Assembly: GCA_977020255.1 (NCBI GenBank)
Contig: CDROCS010001043.1
Coordinates: 868,001 to 932,000 of the forward strand
DNA from: Obrimoposthia wandeli
Taxonomy: Eukaryota
Length of the DNA: 64,000 bases
Reading direction: 5' to 3'
Shown here piece by piece: positions 27,501 to 38,790 of this stretch. Each line of letters opens with the position of its first letter. The stretch's first letter is position 1. The translations under genes and the position numbers were made by a program. The notes under the pieces were generated by a model that did no database searches, had not been told where the DNA came from, and worked only from the letters and a program-made list of their open reading frames with translations.

Positions 27501-29768
27501 CATATTCTTCTTCAAAAGTTCGGGTAAAAATACTTGCCTATAACTCAAGCAATCTTACAAAGGATACGAAGAACAATATTGGGAATTTTGTATTGGCTAA
27601 AAGAAACAAAATACAAATTTGAAATCTAAACTGAGCTTAAATACTTATTTATTTTCACAAAATTAAAAAAACTAAAATGAAATGTTTGCATATTGTTATT
27701 TAAGAAAACATTTAATATAAATTTAATATAAAGCAGGCATGTCAAACACGCGGCCCTCGCCAAGCACTGATGTGGCCCACGCATCGAATGTTGATTTAAT
27801 AGCTAAATTATATAATATTGTTCTTCAATCGCGTATGTATAGTAGTTAATATATATCACACGATCGAAGCATATAATGTGTTCGTGCATATATACATTTA
27901 TATTAAATCAAGTGAGTAATCATCGAATAAAATACATAACACCGTAAACTTTCGATGAAGAGGCGGTTTCGAAAATAAGTCAAATTTGTAAAATAATATT
28001 TTTTTATTAAAAAATAGGTATTGTTTTAATATTAAATTTTTTTTATTTGTGATCCCAAAATGGCTAATAATCCTCCTACAAAGAAAAAAAGGAAAAGGAA
28101 CGAAGAAGGGCGACTGTTTCAAGAAAAGTGGGAATTGCAGTATTTTTGCACAACAGTAGACATGAAGATAATTTGTTTGATTTGTAATAAAAGTATCTCC
28201 ACACCCAAAGAATACAATTTGAGAAGACATTACACAACGAATCATCAATCTTGCGATAAAGGTCACAGTTGTCAAACGAAAATTTAGTTCATTTTCCAAC
28301 ATGCAAAGAGCTGAAAAACACTGCCAATAATGAGTCTGTTCGTAGCTTCGCTAAATATGATAATCACCTAACATTGTTGTTAAAGGAATTTCAAGAAAGA
28401 TTTCGTGATTTCTCATCTTTTGAAAACAAGTTTGAATTGTTCTCAGCACCATTCGCCTTTGATGTCGCCAATGTAGAAGAAAGCCTGGAGATGGAACTGT
28501 TAGAAATGCAGTCGGACTCTGCTCTTAAAGCAAAGTATCTTGAAGTCGGGATTCCAAATTTCTTTTCATACCTTCCAAAAAAATTTAAAAACTTCAGAAA
28601 GTTTGCCACAAAGATCATGGCAATGTTTGGTTCTACCTATGTGTGTGAACAGTTATTTTCATTCATGAAAGCTACAAAAACATCTCATAGAACAAGGCTG
28701 ACAGAACAGCACTTGTTGTCACTGATCAAAGTGGGAACTGCTCAGGCATTTAAGCCAGACATTCCAAAAATTGTCAATCAAAAAATATGTCAAACCTCAG
28801 GTCATTAAAAGTAAAGATGATGAAAACGTTACCAATAAATAAACATTTATAATTTTTATACATTATGTTTTGTTGTGAATAAAATTTTATTTTTTGTCAA
28901 ACAACTTTTATTTTTTATCATTAAATTTTAATCCGGGCCGCGAAAGCCGTCCCGCCGGTGATTTGAGTTTGACACCCCTGATATAAAGAATAATAAATAT
29001 TATTAAAGTGAGATTGTTTTGTAAAATTAAAAATTTTTAAATTATACAATGCCTTTTCACATGGTATTCCTGTTTTTGTTTAAAACTTTCTTTTGTGGGC
29101 CCTGCAATACATTTAATTTTCAAATAATATTATTTTTGCAACTTTTGAAATTTTTTAAATTTAATTTAGGAAGATTTGAGATGATTTTATTAGAAATAAT
29201 TTTTAAAGTTAATATCAATAAGTCATGTTTTTTAACCATATCTTTAGTTTATGATTCTATTTTTAGTTGTCGGGGCTATTTGATAGAATAATGATGCTGA
29301 AAATCAGCAAAATCAACAAAAATCATTTACAAATAAATAAACGTAACCTTAAACTTATTTTAAATTTATTTAAATTTACATGTGATGATAAAAAATTATA
29401 TAATATGAATTTGAATTAAAAATTTGTAAAATAAAATTAATAAAGTTAATTTTAAAATATGAACGAAAGTAATTTTAATTAATTTTTAGGAAAATGCATG
29501 CTAATTTTGTTGTATTTACAATTTTAAAACAATTAATTATGCAATTTTAAATAAATTTGTTTCAGTTTTAAATAGTAATTTAAACATTTTGCAAAAATCA
29601 AGTGGTTAAATATTTCCTGATTAGCCGGTTTCTTTTATTATATTTAGCATGATTTATATTGTTTCAGGGCGCTCTATGACCCAATTGTTATATCGATTTA
29701 CTAAGAATTTCCTGAAATTTAAGCCTCTGTTTGCAGCAATCCGAATGCAGCGGCTCCACCTCACCTGA
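358..29768 (+). CDS. ena: Ena/VASP-family actin regulator, multi-exon gene, 5'-partial. Exons: 358-529, 7794-7994, 8104-8385, 8564-8822, 19179-19398, 24116-24310, 25417-25597, 26455-26522, 26806-26924, 29737-29768
   Basis: All ten exons have AG/GT borders with matching intron phases (0,0,0,1,2,2,0,2,1) and give one open frame. EVH1: (S)EVSLVTADAFVMFYD..KW and HATFHEWRD..VYGIHF. GAB-like: FAAQLQSAVLQRKK. FAB-like: DIMSEMRRKLQKRK. C-terminal coil: LERIKTEIIEGVRKEI..IINAIR. The ATG-AG first exon is expected upstream of the window. Confidence 0.9.
923..3534. mobile_element. Non-autonomous foldback-type DNA element with ~760-bp inverted arms (923-1685 and 2779-3534)
   Basis: The arms are near-exact reverse complements (e.g. 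gcaagcaagttgtgatcgatgtctggccaccatttcc). Ends are cgtcatcttttccagccgg / ccggctggaaaagatgccg. Non-coding spacer; internal ~180-bp tandem sub-repeat. Confidence 0.8.
4683..5386 (+). pseudogene. Polinton major capsid protein pseudogene, internally deleted
   Basis: MTSVKSELCIFDRPLPQVVIENS and DYLDLNDTLL match MSCAKTELCIFDKPLPQVVVDNA and EYLDFNDTLL of the MCP at 51615. C-terminus YGIFDSEIQ..KNKTVIV. Contains stops and frameshifts. Confidence 0.85.
5383..5760 (+). pseudogene. Adenain-like protease pseudogene
   Basis: INTHISNLPGKHWIVLF..FDHFG..YFPPKLVSTL is homologous to 52846-53225. Starts ATG AA|gtaag; frameshifted downstream. Confidence 0.8.
5800..6216 (+). CDS. Polinton small DEDD/DnaQ-like nuclease-fold ORF (remnant copy)
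   Basis: MDLECFIDNNEDYILKELCIM..HQISW..DGKK..FP..CSFRKHCAYLKC is homologous to 39771 and 58149. Confidence 0.65.
   Translation: MDLECFIDNNEDYILKELCIMYVNDMTSSFHYVLKNQIPWNSLAFSVKRINLYLINHHHQISWLGGESFDIHIYDQETIFYFMDSIDGKKINLVKQIFPNLRIVNYNESFKKLKKMPGNIRCSFRKHCAYLKCFFSMY
7794..7994 (+). CDS. ena: Ena/VASP exon: EVH1 C-terminal half
   Basis: gacag|GTA CTG...CTT CAG|gttggc. VLVTSVIYHNLRYQKAHATFHEWRDTDTQVVYGIHF matches the EVH1 consensus LKYNQATPTFHQWRD..VYGLNF. Confidence 0.92.
8104..8822 (+). CDS. ena: Ena/VASP exons 8104-8385 and 8564-8822: Q/P/S/A-rich linker
   Basis: GC-rich low-complexity coding blocks in AT-rich DNA, with canonical splice sites and consistent phase. Confidence 0.8.
9140..10780 (+). 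mobile_element. Degraded DNA transposon, probably Chapaev/CMC-like
   Basis: Broken transposase frames: FCYICG..WREQKHHFTDCY, WLFIDGSKSDLKAVLLH, KIKEGIVVGPDIR, MSFKIHFLSSHID..GKVSDEHG..FHQ. Candidate right end ..gtgcagtg|taa. Left end unclear; superfamily is recalled, not searched. Confidence 0.6.
12192..12212 (+). CDS. Candidate frame-preserving microexon of the Ena/VASP gene (21 nt; 9-nt variant from 12204)
   Basis: Strong donor cg|gtgagt. Upstream acceptor tttttaaag|, alternative ccatcag|. Both lengths are multiples of 3 and read open in phase 1 (VSPSDLI or DLI). Confidence 0.4.
12445..13655 (+). mobile_element. Possible heavily decayed Tc1/pogo-like element
   Basis: Short TA-flanked inverted ends (ta-cactcgg / ccgagt-ata). 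Fragments RNGWLTSVIF and TMDQ resemble pogo DDE motifs. Confidence 0.25.
16570..16940 (+). mobile_element. 3' tail fragment of an L2/CR1-like LINE
   Basis: LRLLPVNVRIEFKIL..YNNLPMDIR resembles the LHWLPV..RI.FK and WN.LP..IR C-terminus of CR1/L2-group ORF2. Confidence 0.5.
17770..18260 (-). mobile_element. 3' tail fragment of an L2/CR1-like LINE
   Basis: LKKLHWLLINIRIEFKIL. Related to 16570-16940 and to ~26950-27340. Confidence 0.55.
19179..19398 (+). CDS. ena: Ena/VASP exon: Pro/Thr-rich segment plus GAB-like motif
   Basis: cccag|CA TCA CCA...ACT GG|gtgagt; contains FAAQLQSAVLQRKK. Confidence 0.82.
20640..20955. mobile_element. hAT-type MITE
   Basis: TIR caggccctgtaagag / ctcttacgggccttg. 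8-bp TSD aatattac / aatatgac (7 of 8 match). Confidence 0.7.
21977..23609. mobile_element. TA-flanked non-autonomous Tc1/mariner/pogo-type element hosting a nested MITE
   Basis: TIR ta|cacctatcccccgattt / aaatcgggagatatgtg|ta. Subterminal ccgtgtaaa and aaatcg motifs at both ends. Confidence 0.65.
22680..23402. mobile_element. Mutator-like (MULE) MITE
   Basis: Exact 9-bp TSD gtttgaaat (22671-22679 and 23403-23411). G-starting TIRs built from aatggcaa(t/a)ggaaa subrepeats. Confidence 0.8.
24116..24310 (+). CDS. ena: Ena/VASP exon: F-actin-binding (FAB) motif
   Basis: ctgcag|A AGA CGC...CAA GA|gtaaga. GDDIMSEMRRKLQKRK resembles the GLMEEMNKLLAKRRK consensus. Confidence 0.85.
25417..26924 (+). 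CDS. ena: Ena/VASP exons 25417-25597, 26455-26522 and 26806-26924 (EVH2 linker and tetramerisation coil)
   Basis: Canonical splice sites and phase-consistent. LERIKTEIIEGVRKEIADTKRDIIN matches the VASP tetramerisation motif [25 protein letters not shown]. Confidence 0.85.
25620..26295 (+). repeat. Purine-rich GAGTGA-derived minisatellite in an Ena intron
   Basis: Two 124-bp units (starting 25782 and 25906) and three 62-bp units (~26025-26210). The + strand is strongly C-depleted. Confidence 0.85.
27734..28980 (+). mobile_element. Internally deleted hAT transposon (SPIN/Buster/Charlie, GTF2IRD2-like transposase)
   Basis: Exact 8-bp TSD atataaag. TIR caggcatgtcaaac / gtttgacacccctg. N-terminal FQEKWELQYF..CLIC..KEYNLRRHY and C-terminal FGSTYVCEQLFS are joined across a deletion near 28265. 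Confidence 0.92.
29737..29768 (+). CDS. ena: Ena/VASP terminal coding exon (AIRMQRLHLT*)
   Basis: tttgcag|CA ATC CGA completes ..IIN-AIR.., as in the conserved IIDAIR end. A phase-1 junction is required and is met. Confidence 0.7.
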
Positions 29769-31446
29769 CCCTCTCCATTCTCACCCCATTCCCTGTATAG
29801 CCCCTCACAACAAACCCGGTTATTTTTTCTGGGCCATCAACATCATCTGCTCAACTTCTTCCGCGAGTTCACTCCTCTCCCCATCCCCACTCATATTCAT
29901 CGGCCAACCATCGTTTCTCACCTCATTTTTCGACCCATTTCCCGAGTGAAATGAAGTGTGAAGGTAACCTCCTTCTTTGACGTGGGCATTGCTGTGATCT
30001 GTAGAACCTTTCGTCTCCTTCTTCATTCTCCATGATGATTATTACTATTACGGCGTTCAGATGCAATCACATTCATTTTACTGCAATATTAATATATAGT
30101 ACGTCATTATACAAATATATATATTTCATTGATTATCCCTTTGTACTGATAACTCTCCCACTCCCATGTATGTAAACAAGTATATACTTTTGATATTTAA
30201 TTGATTACTGTGATTCAGAATTTAACATACCCTATATTGATTTCTCTACTACCATGGGGAGTGGGAAGAGAAACAACTATATATAGGAGTTAGAAAACTA
30301 AAACTATCAAATAATTTTTAAATTGCTTATTCTAATTTATGTTAATCCTAAAATATATTGAAATTATTTAACTGTGAAACTCAAAATTCTGAAAATTACT
30401 ACCCTGATAAAATTAAGTCCAAAACTGATTCTTTTTCAAAATTAAATAATTACTTTTTAGTGAATAAGTTTAAAAAATAATGAAACAGCTTCAAAATTTG
30501 GTTTGTTTGTTAAAATGTCAAGAAAAAATAAGTCATTTTCCTCAATGTATTTCACAAATCAAGACGAGTCATCATACACATCTACAGATTTTGAGAACAA
30601 AATCTTTTGATGACCTTGACTTAGAGACACATTGACCTACTTAATCGTGAGAAATGTGACGTACGCGCGAGAAATTTGACCTATTTTGGTCATGACCTTG
30701 ACTTACTCGAATGAAATTTTAACTACATCACGCGGATGTGAGAACAATATGTGTGTGGGTACCAATTACTTTTGTTCTCGAGGACCACATTCCATACTGG
30801 TGTACAAATTAATAAATTCCAATTTTGATAGACATCGGATTTCTTATAATTTTGAAGCTAGCTATTTACTAAAGATTTCTTGTGCATTATTCTTTTCAAA
30901 CTGTAATGGTGATTTAAATATAAACATTTTGTAGAATTATTAAGTTTCTGTTATGTATATGAATTAATTTATCTCTTTACCAACTAACATTGGGGATGAT
31001 ATTGTTAACTTTGTTAAAAATCTTGGTTTCCCAAAGTTATTGATGTCATTGTTGTATTAAAATGACTTATTGATTATAATTTTATGAAATGTGAAATTTT
31101 CATTTTATTAGATTTCATATAAATTAATTCATAATTAAATCATTTGTATTAATTTTTAAAAATTGAACTTGATTAATTTTTGTAATTTTTCTGAGATGAG
31201 AAAATTCAAAAGAAATATGAAAGCATTTAAAGATAAAGATAATGAACTCACTAACTCAGAAATAATATTAGTTAAGGAAGATTCTTCAATGCGGCCTCTA
31301 ATATTCTTAGTTAAGTATTCCAAAAAATATCATAGATTTTAAAAAATCTGTCATCATTTTAACAATTTAATTTATTTACAACTTTATTTCATTGTTTGAT
31401 ATTGAATGTATAAAAAGACTAGTTCGTATAAAAAGACTAGTTCGTA

Positions 31447-31625
31447 CAGTAATTATTCACCTATAAGGGGTCCCACCTATAAGGGTGTCCGGTCACCGAA
31501 AATTTCACGCTTCACCTATAAAAGTACCTTTCCAAGCTTTTAAATAATGCATCTATAAGTGATTCGGTGTCGGTCTCTCTCAAAAACATGTTTTAATGAA
31601 TACCCTTACAGGTGAATAATTACTG
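31447..31625. mobile_element. TA-flanked MITE (Tc1/mariner/pogo type)
   Basis: TIR ta|cagtaattattcacctataagg / ccttacaggtgaataattactg|ta. Confidence 0.8.
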
Positions 31626-33834
31626 TATAGCGAGGTAGTTTAATTCAATCAAAGGAATTTTAAAGATATTGTTAAACCTGTTGTGTAAAGAAATTTATTT
31701 TATACTCCTGTTAGATTAAGAAAATTTGGAAAATAATAATTAAAAACGTTTATTTATAATAAAAATCTAACCTCGGATAGTAGAGGTTAAATAAATAATT
31801 TTAAAAATAGAAAAATGTTTTAAAATCGAAATATGTGTGTAAATAATTGAAACTTTAAAGGTCATAAAAGCAAATATATAAAGAATTGAAAAATGTGTAA
31901 AAAGACTGCTGAGAAAACAAAATTAGACAATTAGACAATTGCATCAAATTTCAAAGAAAAGTTATGTTTAGAATCTACGAAAGTCCGATCTGAAACACGA
32001 GACAATATTCCGATAATTGCACTTTTCGGAAAAGCAATAACAAATTTCGATATCCGACCGTCGAACATCACACACAAGTGATAGAAGCGAAGAGATTTAT
32101 TCCAATAATTGTTCAAAAAGAAAATCACGTCAGGAATCGCGTATATTAACGAAGGACAGATTGCACAAAGGATCACTATCTTACCGGATCAGACCAACGG
32201 ACAAAGCCGCGAATTGGTGAGGTGAAGTGATAGGAACGAGTATATAGAGATAGTTATTATAAATTTCGTTTTGAAAAATAATATTGAATTATAAATTGCG
32301 TATTCAAAAGTTTTTCAAGAGGATAATTCGGTGACAATTGAAAACTATAATCGAATTAAGTACAATACAATTTAAACTAGTAAAAGACAAGATAGAGTGT
32401 CGCCTTATTTTGCCTGGAGTTTTTATAATTATTCAACTTTTCAAACAGTCTCTACTCTTGTGGATTAAGAAATAAAGAATTGTGTTTTGGAAATAACCAG
32501 CCTCGCTAAACCTTCGGATACACTAATCTATAGGCTAGCTGAGAGCTAACTACGTAACGGTGTTCCGGGCCCGGTGTATTCAGATGAAAGTCAAACAATG
32601 ATATATTGGAGGAGCATTGTTAGCGTTGCTTGGCTCCAGCTTTGTTTCGCATATTTTTGTTCTATGTTTTAAACAGACCCTTTTGAATTAGACTTCAAAC
32701 CAGCCTAACCGGCTCAATATTACAACCCTACACTACACCACATTAGTTTAGGGTTCTCTCTTAGTTATCCTGAACATAACTCTTTATACACAGCATCAAA
32801 CAAAAACAGCTAACCTTCAGATATTGAGACTAGATTTTAGTAAAGTAAGATTAGGTAGGCCACATCATATGTAAGCCGTATCGATACAGTCGCCGGAAGA
32901 AGATCTAGTTTAAAGGAAACCCAACACTCTTCAAAAGCCTAATTTTTCTTATAAGTAATCAAACAACTTCATTTGGTTTTTTCTGGATCTTTTGATTAAG
33001 AATACGCTATAGAAGTCAACATGGAAAACATATTGTAATTGCAGTTAGTTAAATTTGCAAGCCACAATCTTTCTCAAGAGCCTTTAATTTATATTTTTAT
33101 GGTATTGATGTGTCTAAAAAAATCTCATACATTAAACGAAAGTGCTACTCTTACTTACAACTTGTATTAATGGTAGGATAATTAATTGACGAAATTCAAT
33201 TGCTAACAGTTATCAATGTAGAAATTCCCATTTAGAAATTCTTAGTAGGGTTATTGAGAGAGATTTCGAGTTAAATACGATAATTCGAAGGTATAATGTG
33301 TGACTTGCAAATGAGACCAACAAATTTTCCCTCCAAACGAACATTAATAATCATTTGTATGAAAAGTTTGTATGGAAGACCGGTATCATTCTTGAGAAAT
33401 AATTCCAAACAAAACATAATATTTTTATTTTTATAAAAATATATTATAATTGAAAACAACAAAATAAATCACAAAATTGGGAATATAAACTAGTTATAAA
33501 AACGAGAATTAAAAAATTAGGAATCTAAATTTGGAAAAAAATCCCTCAAATTAAAATTTGTAGGTTTTTTAATTAAGTAAACAAAATAAATAGAGACATA
33601 AATGAACATTCATTAATAAACATACCTGTGTGTTTAAATGTCATTAAAAGTTAATTATCGCAGAAGCAAAAAGGTATTTTGGAATATCTGGAAAGTAACT
33701 GACGTCATACATTCAAGGGGTCATCAGATTGAAGCTCAGCAGAATGACTTGCTAGTTGACCTGTTTCAGGAGATGTCTTTCAGATCAGGCCACGGGGGCC
33801 ATGTTGACAGAGACCTTGGGGTCAGTGCTCAAGG

Positions 33835-34825
33835 TTACGAGACACAACGGGCATTGGTAAAGCACAACACATGGTAGTCGGTAACCTTCACACATGGCCA
33901 AGTGTCCGGTCCGCTCGCGGTGAACAGTACGGGAATGGTGGCGCAATTGGCGCCCTCCACAAGTGAGCCAGCTGACCAGACGGGTCGTGGCTGCGCTTGG
34001 TCCGCCAGCGTGTAGGACAGAGTCGACTTGATCACATACATGACGTCGCCGGCATCTGTGATACCCCCCAGCACTGCATTGCGTCTTGTCGGTGTGTTGC
34101 CGTCTACACAGTGCACCCAGTGGAAACTGTTCGCACAAAAGTTTCCGCCATTCACATGGGTTAATTATTTATATCCCACAAAACCTCTTATCAAAACGTT
34201 TTATTTTAAATTTTTTCAAAATACCTTTGCGTATAGATCTTAAGTAACTCTAGACTTAGGAATGACAGCTTTCACCTATGATCATTACGGATGTGTAACA
34301 CTGAAATAATATGGGTTTAGCAGAGTTAAGAAAAAACAAAATTAACTAATTGAACCATTTAGTTGCTGGTTCCCTCATAAGTTTCTATAAGGATAGCTGA
34401 GTTCTCAGCACAACACTGTCAAATATTATTATATTCTTTTGATTTTAATGATGTTAATATTATTGTGACTTCATTTAGTGAGGGAGTTATGAAAGATTTT
34501 TAAAAGATTTAACAAGTAAATGAAAAATGGAAAGGATTTTGAACATACTTTCAAAAAGTAAAATCACAACAAACCTATCACCGAATTCTGGGCAACCGGT
34601 GTAGCAAAGAATCTCAAAATCCCCGTATCCCAGGAGACAGCAGTCATTGTTCCATGGAAAAAGAGCCAGTGATGGAATATAAGATCCAATTTTGGTGCCA
34701 TCTTCTCGGGTTATTCTAGCAATGTAGACGTCTTTATCGACTGAAATAGCGTTATTGGGAAATTCAATGACGGTAGCTGGCACCCACGACAAGTTGATCT
34801 GGATCCCACTAAAAATGTGTGCCAT
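33835..34825 (-). CDS. DM9-repeat (DUF3421-like) protein, 2 exons (34825-34575, 34126-33835), 180 aa
   Basis: Phase-2 junction GAT AG|gtttgt..gaacag|T TTC. Two DM9-like repeats: LSWVPA..FPNNAI..YIAR..FEILC and FHWVHC..NAVLGG..MYV..YHVLC. Confidence 0.75.
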
Positions 34826-35815
34826 TTAGACTCTAATAGCTGATAGCCAAATTTGGACTCAGTTTAATATGTTATCGATTTATTAACTGTCCATGCAATG
34901 ATTATACCAACATATAGGTTGAATTATGATGGACTTCAAAGCAGTGTTATTTAAACCTTTTTAAACAGCAATCCTGTATAACTTTTTCAGTCAAACTGAT
35001 GAAAAAAAAATTCTTGAGAATAATTCAATGTATTAGTAACTGTTAAATAGTAATTATGTTAGAATTATTTATATTTATAAATTATTTTATTTTTATTTGA
35101 TATTTTTGGCTATTTTTAAAAATAAATATCGAGAACATGTTTCGGGTATGAAAACCCATCATCAGTAAAATGAAAATGTCTAATTAAATATGCAGTGTAT
35201 TCCCGTTTTGCCTACTTCATTATTATAAAAGTTTATTTCACCATTTATCCATTACTCCAGTTTTTTAAAATATTAACCACTTGAGAAAAATTATAACAAA
35301 ATAAACAAATCAAGAAATAAATTTAAAACACACACGTAATTTACTAAAAGATTTATTTAAAGATTTCAATGCATATGTTTTGAAGATATAGCACCAAAGA
35401 TATTGATGCATTTAAATTTCATTTTTCAATTAGGTGGTTTTCAGACATAGAAGACAGTAATTTTTGGATACACAGATAGTTGTTTGGTTGATGTATCTCC
35501 AGCCTCTCGCAGGCGGATTTGTTGCTCAACCCGGACGTTATTTTTCTTGTCGAACCTCAAGAAACCGAAACCGGTTTGGATGTGACTTGCCGAGTTCCGA
35601 ATTCAAAGATTTGTGTCATCCTTCAAGGTGATCATTTGTTCGATGAACCTCTATATTTACATATTGTGTCCCTATTTATTATAGGAAATCTCGCTGATAT
35701 ATTGTAAACTCATGTTTCCGCCACATAATCCATGAAATAAAGACTCTTGATAATCTAATTCACTAATAGCGGTTATCTAAACTTTGCATAATTGACTCTA
35801 TTGGGATTAGATGTA

Positions 35816-35897
35816 AGTAGGTGGATGTGTCCGGTCTAATCCACACCCCTCCCCCCCTCTGTCCTTTAAAACCGTGCATGTGTGTGGAGTGAAATTT
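35816..35897 (+). repeat. Left terminal repeat core of copy A
   Basis: Reverse complement of 61654-61733 apart from a few differences; AG-starting end typical of Polintons. Predicted TSD gatgta (35810-35815). Confidence 0.85.
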
Positions 35898-36230
35898 TCT
35901 ACCCCCCACCCAACACTCAAAAAACTAATTAACCCCATATAACACCCTTTAAAATTTAAAATCTCATAATGCTCCCAAAAAAGTGAGGAAGGTCCTGGGA
36001 GGCCGTTTAGTGGCCCAAAGCGTGCCCTCCGGGCCCGCGGTGGTTTAACGAGCAACACATATACAGGGTCGCGAAAAATTGTACGCGAGAATTTTTTTTT
36101 GAACCCTACGGGCGCGAAAAACATTTTTGCTATAAGAATTTATATCTTGATACATATATAGGGTCGCAAAAATTTTTAAATTATCAACTACATAAATTGG
36201 AAATTATATCAACATTTTCATTTATTCGGA

Positions 36231-36375
36231 TGAGTTATCGTTGAGTCATATGATGAGTAATCGATGAGTCATAGAATGAGTCATCATGACCTTAAATGAC
36301 CTTGACCTCATGATGACCTTCAATGACCTTGACCTCAAGAGGTCATGACCTTAACTTGACCTTAAATGACCTCTG
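36231..36375 (+). promoter_or_regulatory. Cluster of TGAGTCA (AP-1-like) and TGACCT/AGGTCA (nuclear-receptor half-site) motifs
   Basis: Three TGAGTCA, nine TGACCT and one AGGTCA, including AGGTCATGACCT, within ~145 bp upstream of the first viral gene. Function is inferred only. Confidence 0.4.
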
Positions 36376-36760
36376 AAAAAAATTCTACCCTTCAAACATG
36401 TACGGTCAAGAAAATATTACTATTTTAAATCCAAAGATATATATGTATTCAAACATCAACAAAAATTAATAAAATACTAGAAATTATTTGAATAATACGT
36501 TCTCATTGGACGTTGAACTTAAGCAACAAAAACTTAAGAAAATAATTATATTTTCAAATAATTTTTTTTTTTATCCAATGACATACTCGCATTCAACCGT
36601 AGTTAAAAAATTGATAAAAGCCTATGGATTTTTCAAATAAATTATTTGAATAACCCGCTTTAATTGGACGATAAAAGAGGGTAGGTCTGTTGTTTTTGTA
36701 TATAAGGAAACCGCTTATCATTATTTTTCATTAATCAAGAATGGCAAATTTCAACAACGT

Positions 36761-38790
36761 CGATTTGGATGAAGAGATGGAGGTACATATATATGGGGAT
36801 TTCTCTCCAGTACAGCAGCGAACGCCACCACCGGCACAGTACATTGACTTACTTAGTCAAGACTCGACGGTGGTGAGCAAAGGAGACGAAGGAGAAGCAG
36901 CAGCAAGAGCTGAGCTGTTGCTAGAAGAACCGCCATTGGCCAGCTCAACTCCGAGAGAAGAACCAAAGAGCGTGAGAGGTGGGTTACAGAGATCCCAATA
37001 TATCGACCTGACTAGTCAGGATTCGATTGAGAATTGGGAAGACTGTACTCCCAGGCTGAACACAGAAGCCAATCGTCCGGCAACTTCAGCATTAGCAGCA
37101 AGGAGATCCAATATCTTCCAGAATTTTGAGGCGGCAATCAAATGCCCCTGGAAATTGATCCCGCTTTCTCAGCCGGAGATAGTACTCGCACCAGACTCAG
37201 ACGAGGAGCTATTCACCGATGACGTTCCGTCGGATGGTGAGGAGGACTTGACTCCATTCATCGACGAATGGATACAGCCAAGTGTCGGAGCCCCAGTAGC
37301 CAACGATTCGATGGTGGCAGAATTGGATGAGGACGAGTGGCGCCTGTTCACTGACGATTGGGATGTAAATAAAGGCGATAAAGGCGACGAATGAGGTTAG
37401 ACATAATTTATTTTAAATGTTTTTTTATTTTCATTTTCAGAAACTTCAAATGGATTTGAGACCGTCAGTGACCACGATGGAGAGGCTGATTGAACCGCAG
37501 TACTTGGCGAGTCAATGTAGCCAGGATGATCCCAGGAGTGATCAGCAATACCTACCGACTCCGGCTAAATTGAGGTATATTATTATAAATTAGTTACTTA
37601 TTTTAATTATTCACATAGGAAGCCGAATTGGTAGAGGAAATTTGGGAGGAGGCAACTCTCAGACTACCCGTCGATAGGAAACAATGGGCGATTAAGAAAC
37701 CTCGACGCCATCGGGTCACAACTCACACTGTCCATCGAAAGAAGGCCAAGTTGGCGAATCAGGCTAACCTGCCCGTCATCGAGGTAAATTATTTATATTT
37801 TTAAATTTTATTTATGTTTTTGTTGCAGGAATCAATACAATTAACTGAGGAGACATGGGCAAAATTTCTCCTTTCCCACAGAAGCGAACGAGACAGGCTG
37901 CTGTACGGAAGATGAGGCGTCTTAGAAAGGCGAAATCTTGTCTGCTCAAATCGAGTGAAGTAACGATAGAGCGGCAAGAAAAACTTCCGTATAAGATTAT
38001 TGAGGTAAAATTTTAGATATTTAAATATTTTTTATATAAATGAATTTTATTTAAAATTTTATTAATGTTTTCTTTGCAGAAACACGCCCGGATAATTGAG
38101 GAGGCTTGGGGAGAAATTATTCCTTTTCCCAAGAAATGGACGAAGCGAGCAGAGGTGAAGAAGACGAGGCGCTCGAGAAAATGTAACACCTCAATTGGCC
38201 ATTATTCAGAGGCGGTGATTGGACGGCAGGAGATTCTCCCATCTCCAGTGGACGACGGTCCAATTTTATGCGAGAGGATCCCAGTCTCACCGATCGAGAT
38301 TAGTCCGCCATCAAGTCAACGACGCCTGCAGGAAACATCACCGGCTTCTCCTCGTCACACAACCAGCCAGAACTTAAAGAGGGCCTGGGATGAAGCTGGA
38401 TTGGACGAATTCCTGGCGGAACTGGATACACCGGCAATGCTACCAGATTCGCTAGGGAAACAGGATGCCGTCTCACGCCAACTTCAGCGTGAGAAGGAGG
38501 AGAAACAGAAGAAAGCTCCGCGGAAGAGGAAGGCTAATGCTTCTTTGTCAGGGCCATCAACATCGGCTGCATCTCCTCCCAAAAAGTTGCAGCAACTATT
38601 GCCAAAACCTTAGAGAAGGAAAATTGCTACAAAGCAACCGGTGAAGCTGAAAAAGAAACCGGGCCGGCCAAAGAAGAAGGAACCAGTACCGCTTTCTCCT
38701 ATAATACTTAGTCGGAGGGATTTCGACCCGGATGATCCCAATGATGACTTTGTAAAAAAAAAATATATATATATAATTTATAAACATTAG
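36761..38790 (+). pseudogene. Multi-exon disordered regulator-like gene X, copy A
   Basis: TATA box (tatataag) near 36700. Five exons separated by short GT-AG introns. Motifs YIDLLSQDS, YIDLTSQDS, PRKRK and KKPGRPKK. Frameshifts and a premature TAG at ~38610. Confidence 0.65.

Noticed and set aside
31931-32900. Possible gene between Ena and DM9
   Set aside because: Short frames on both strands, no recognisable motif and no consistent splice structure.
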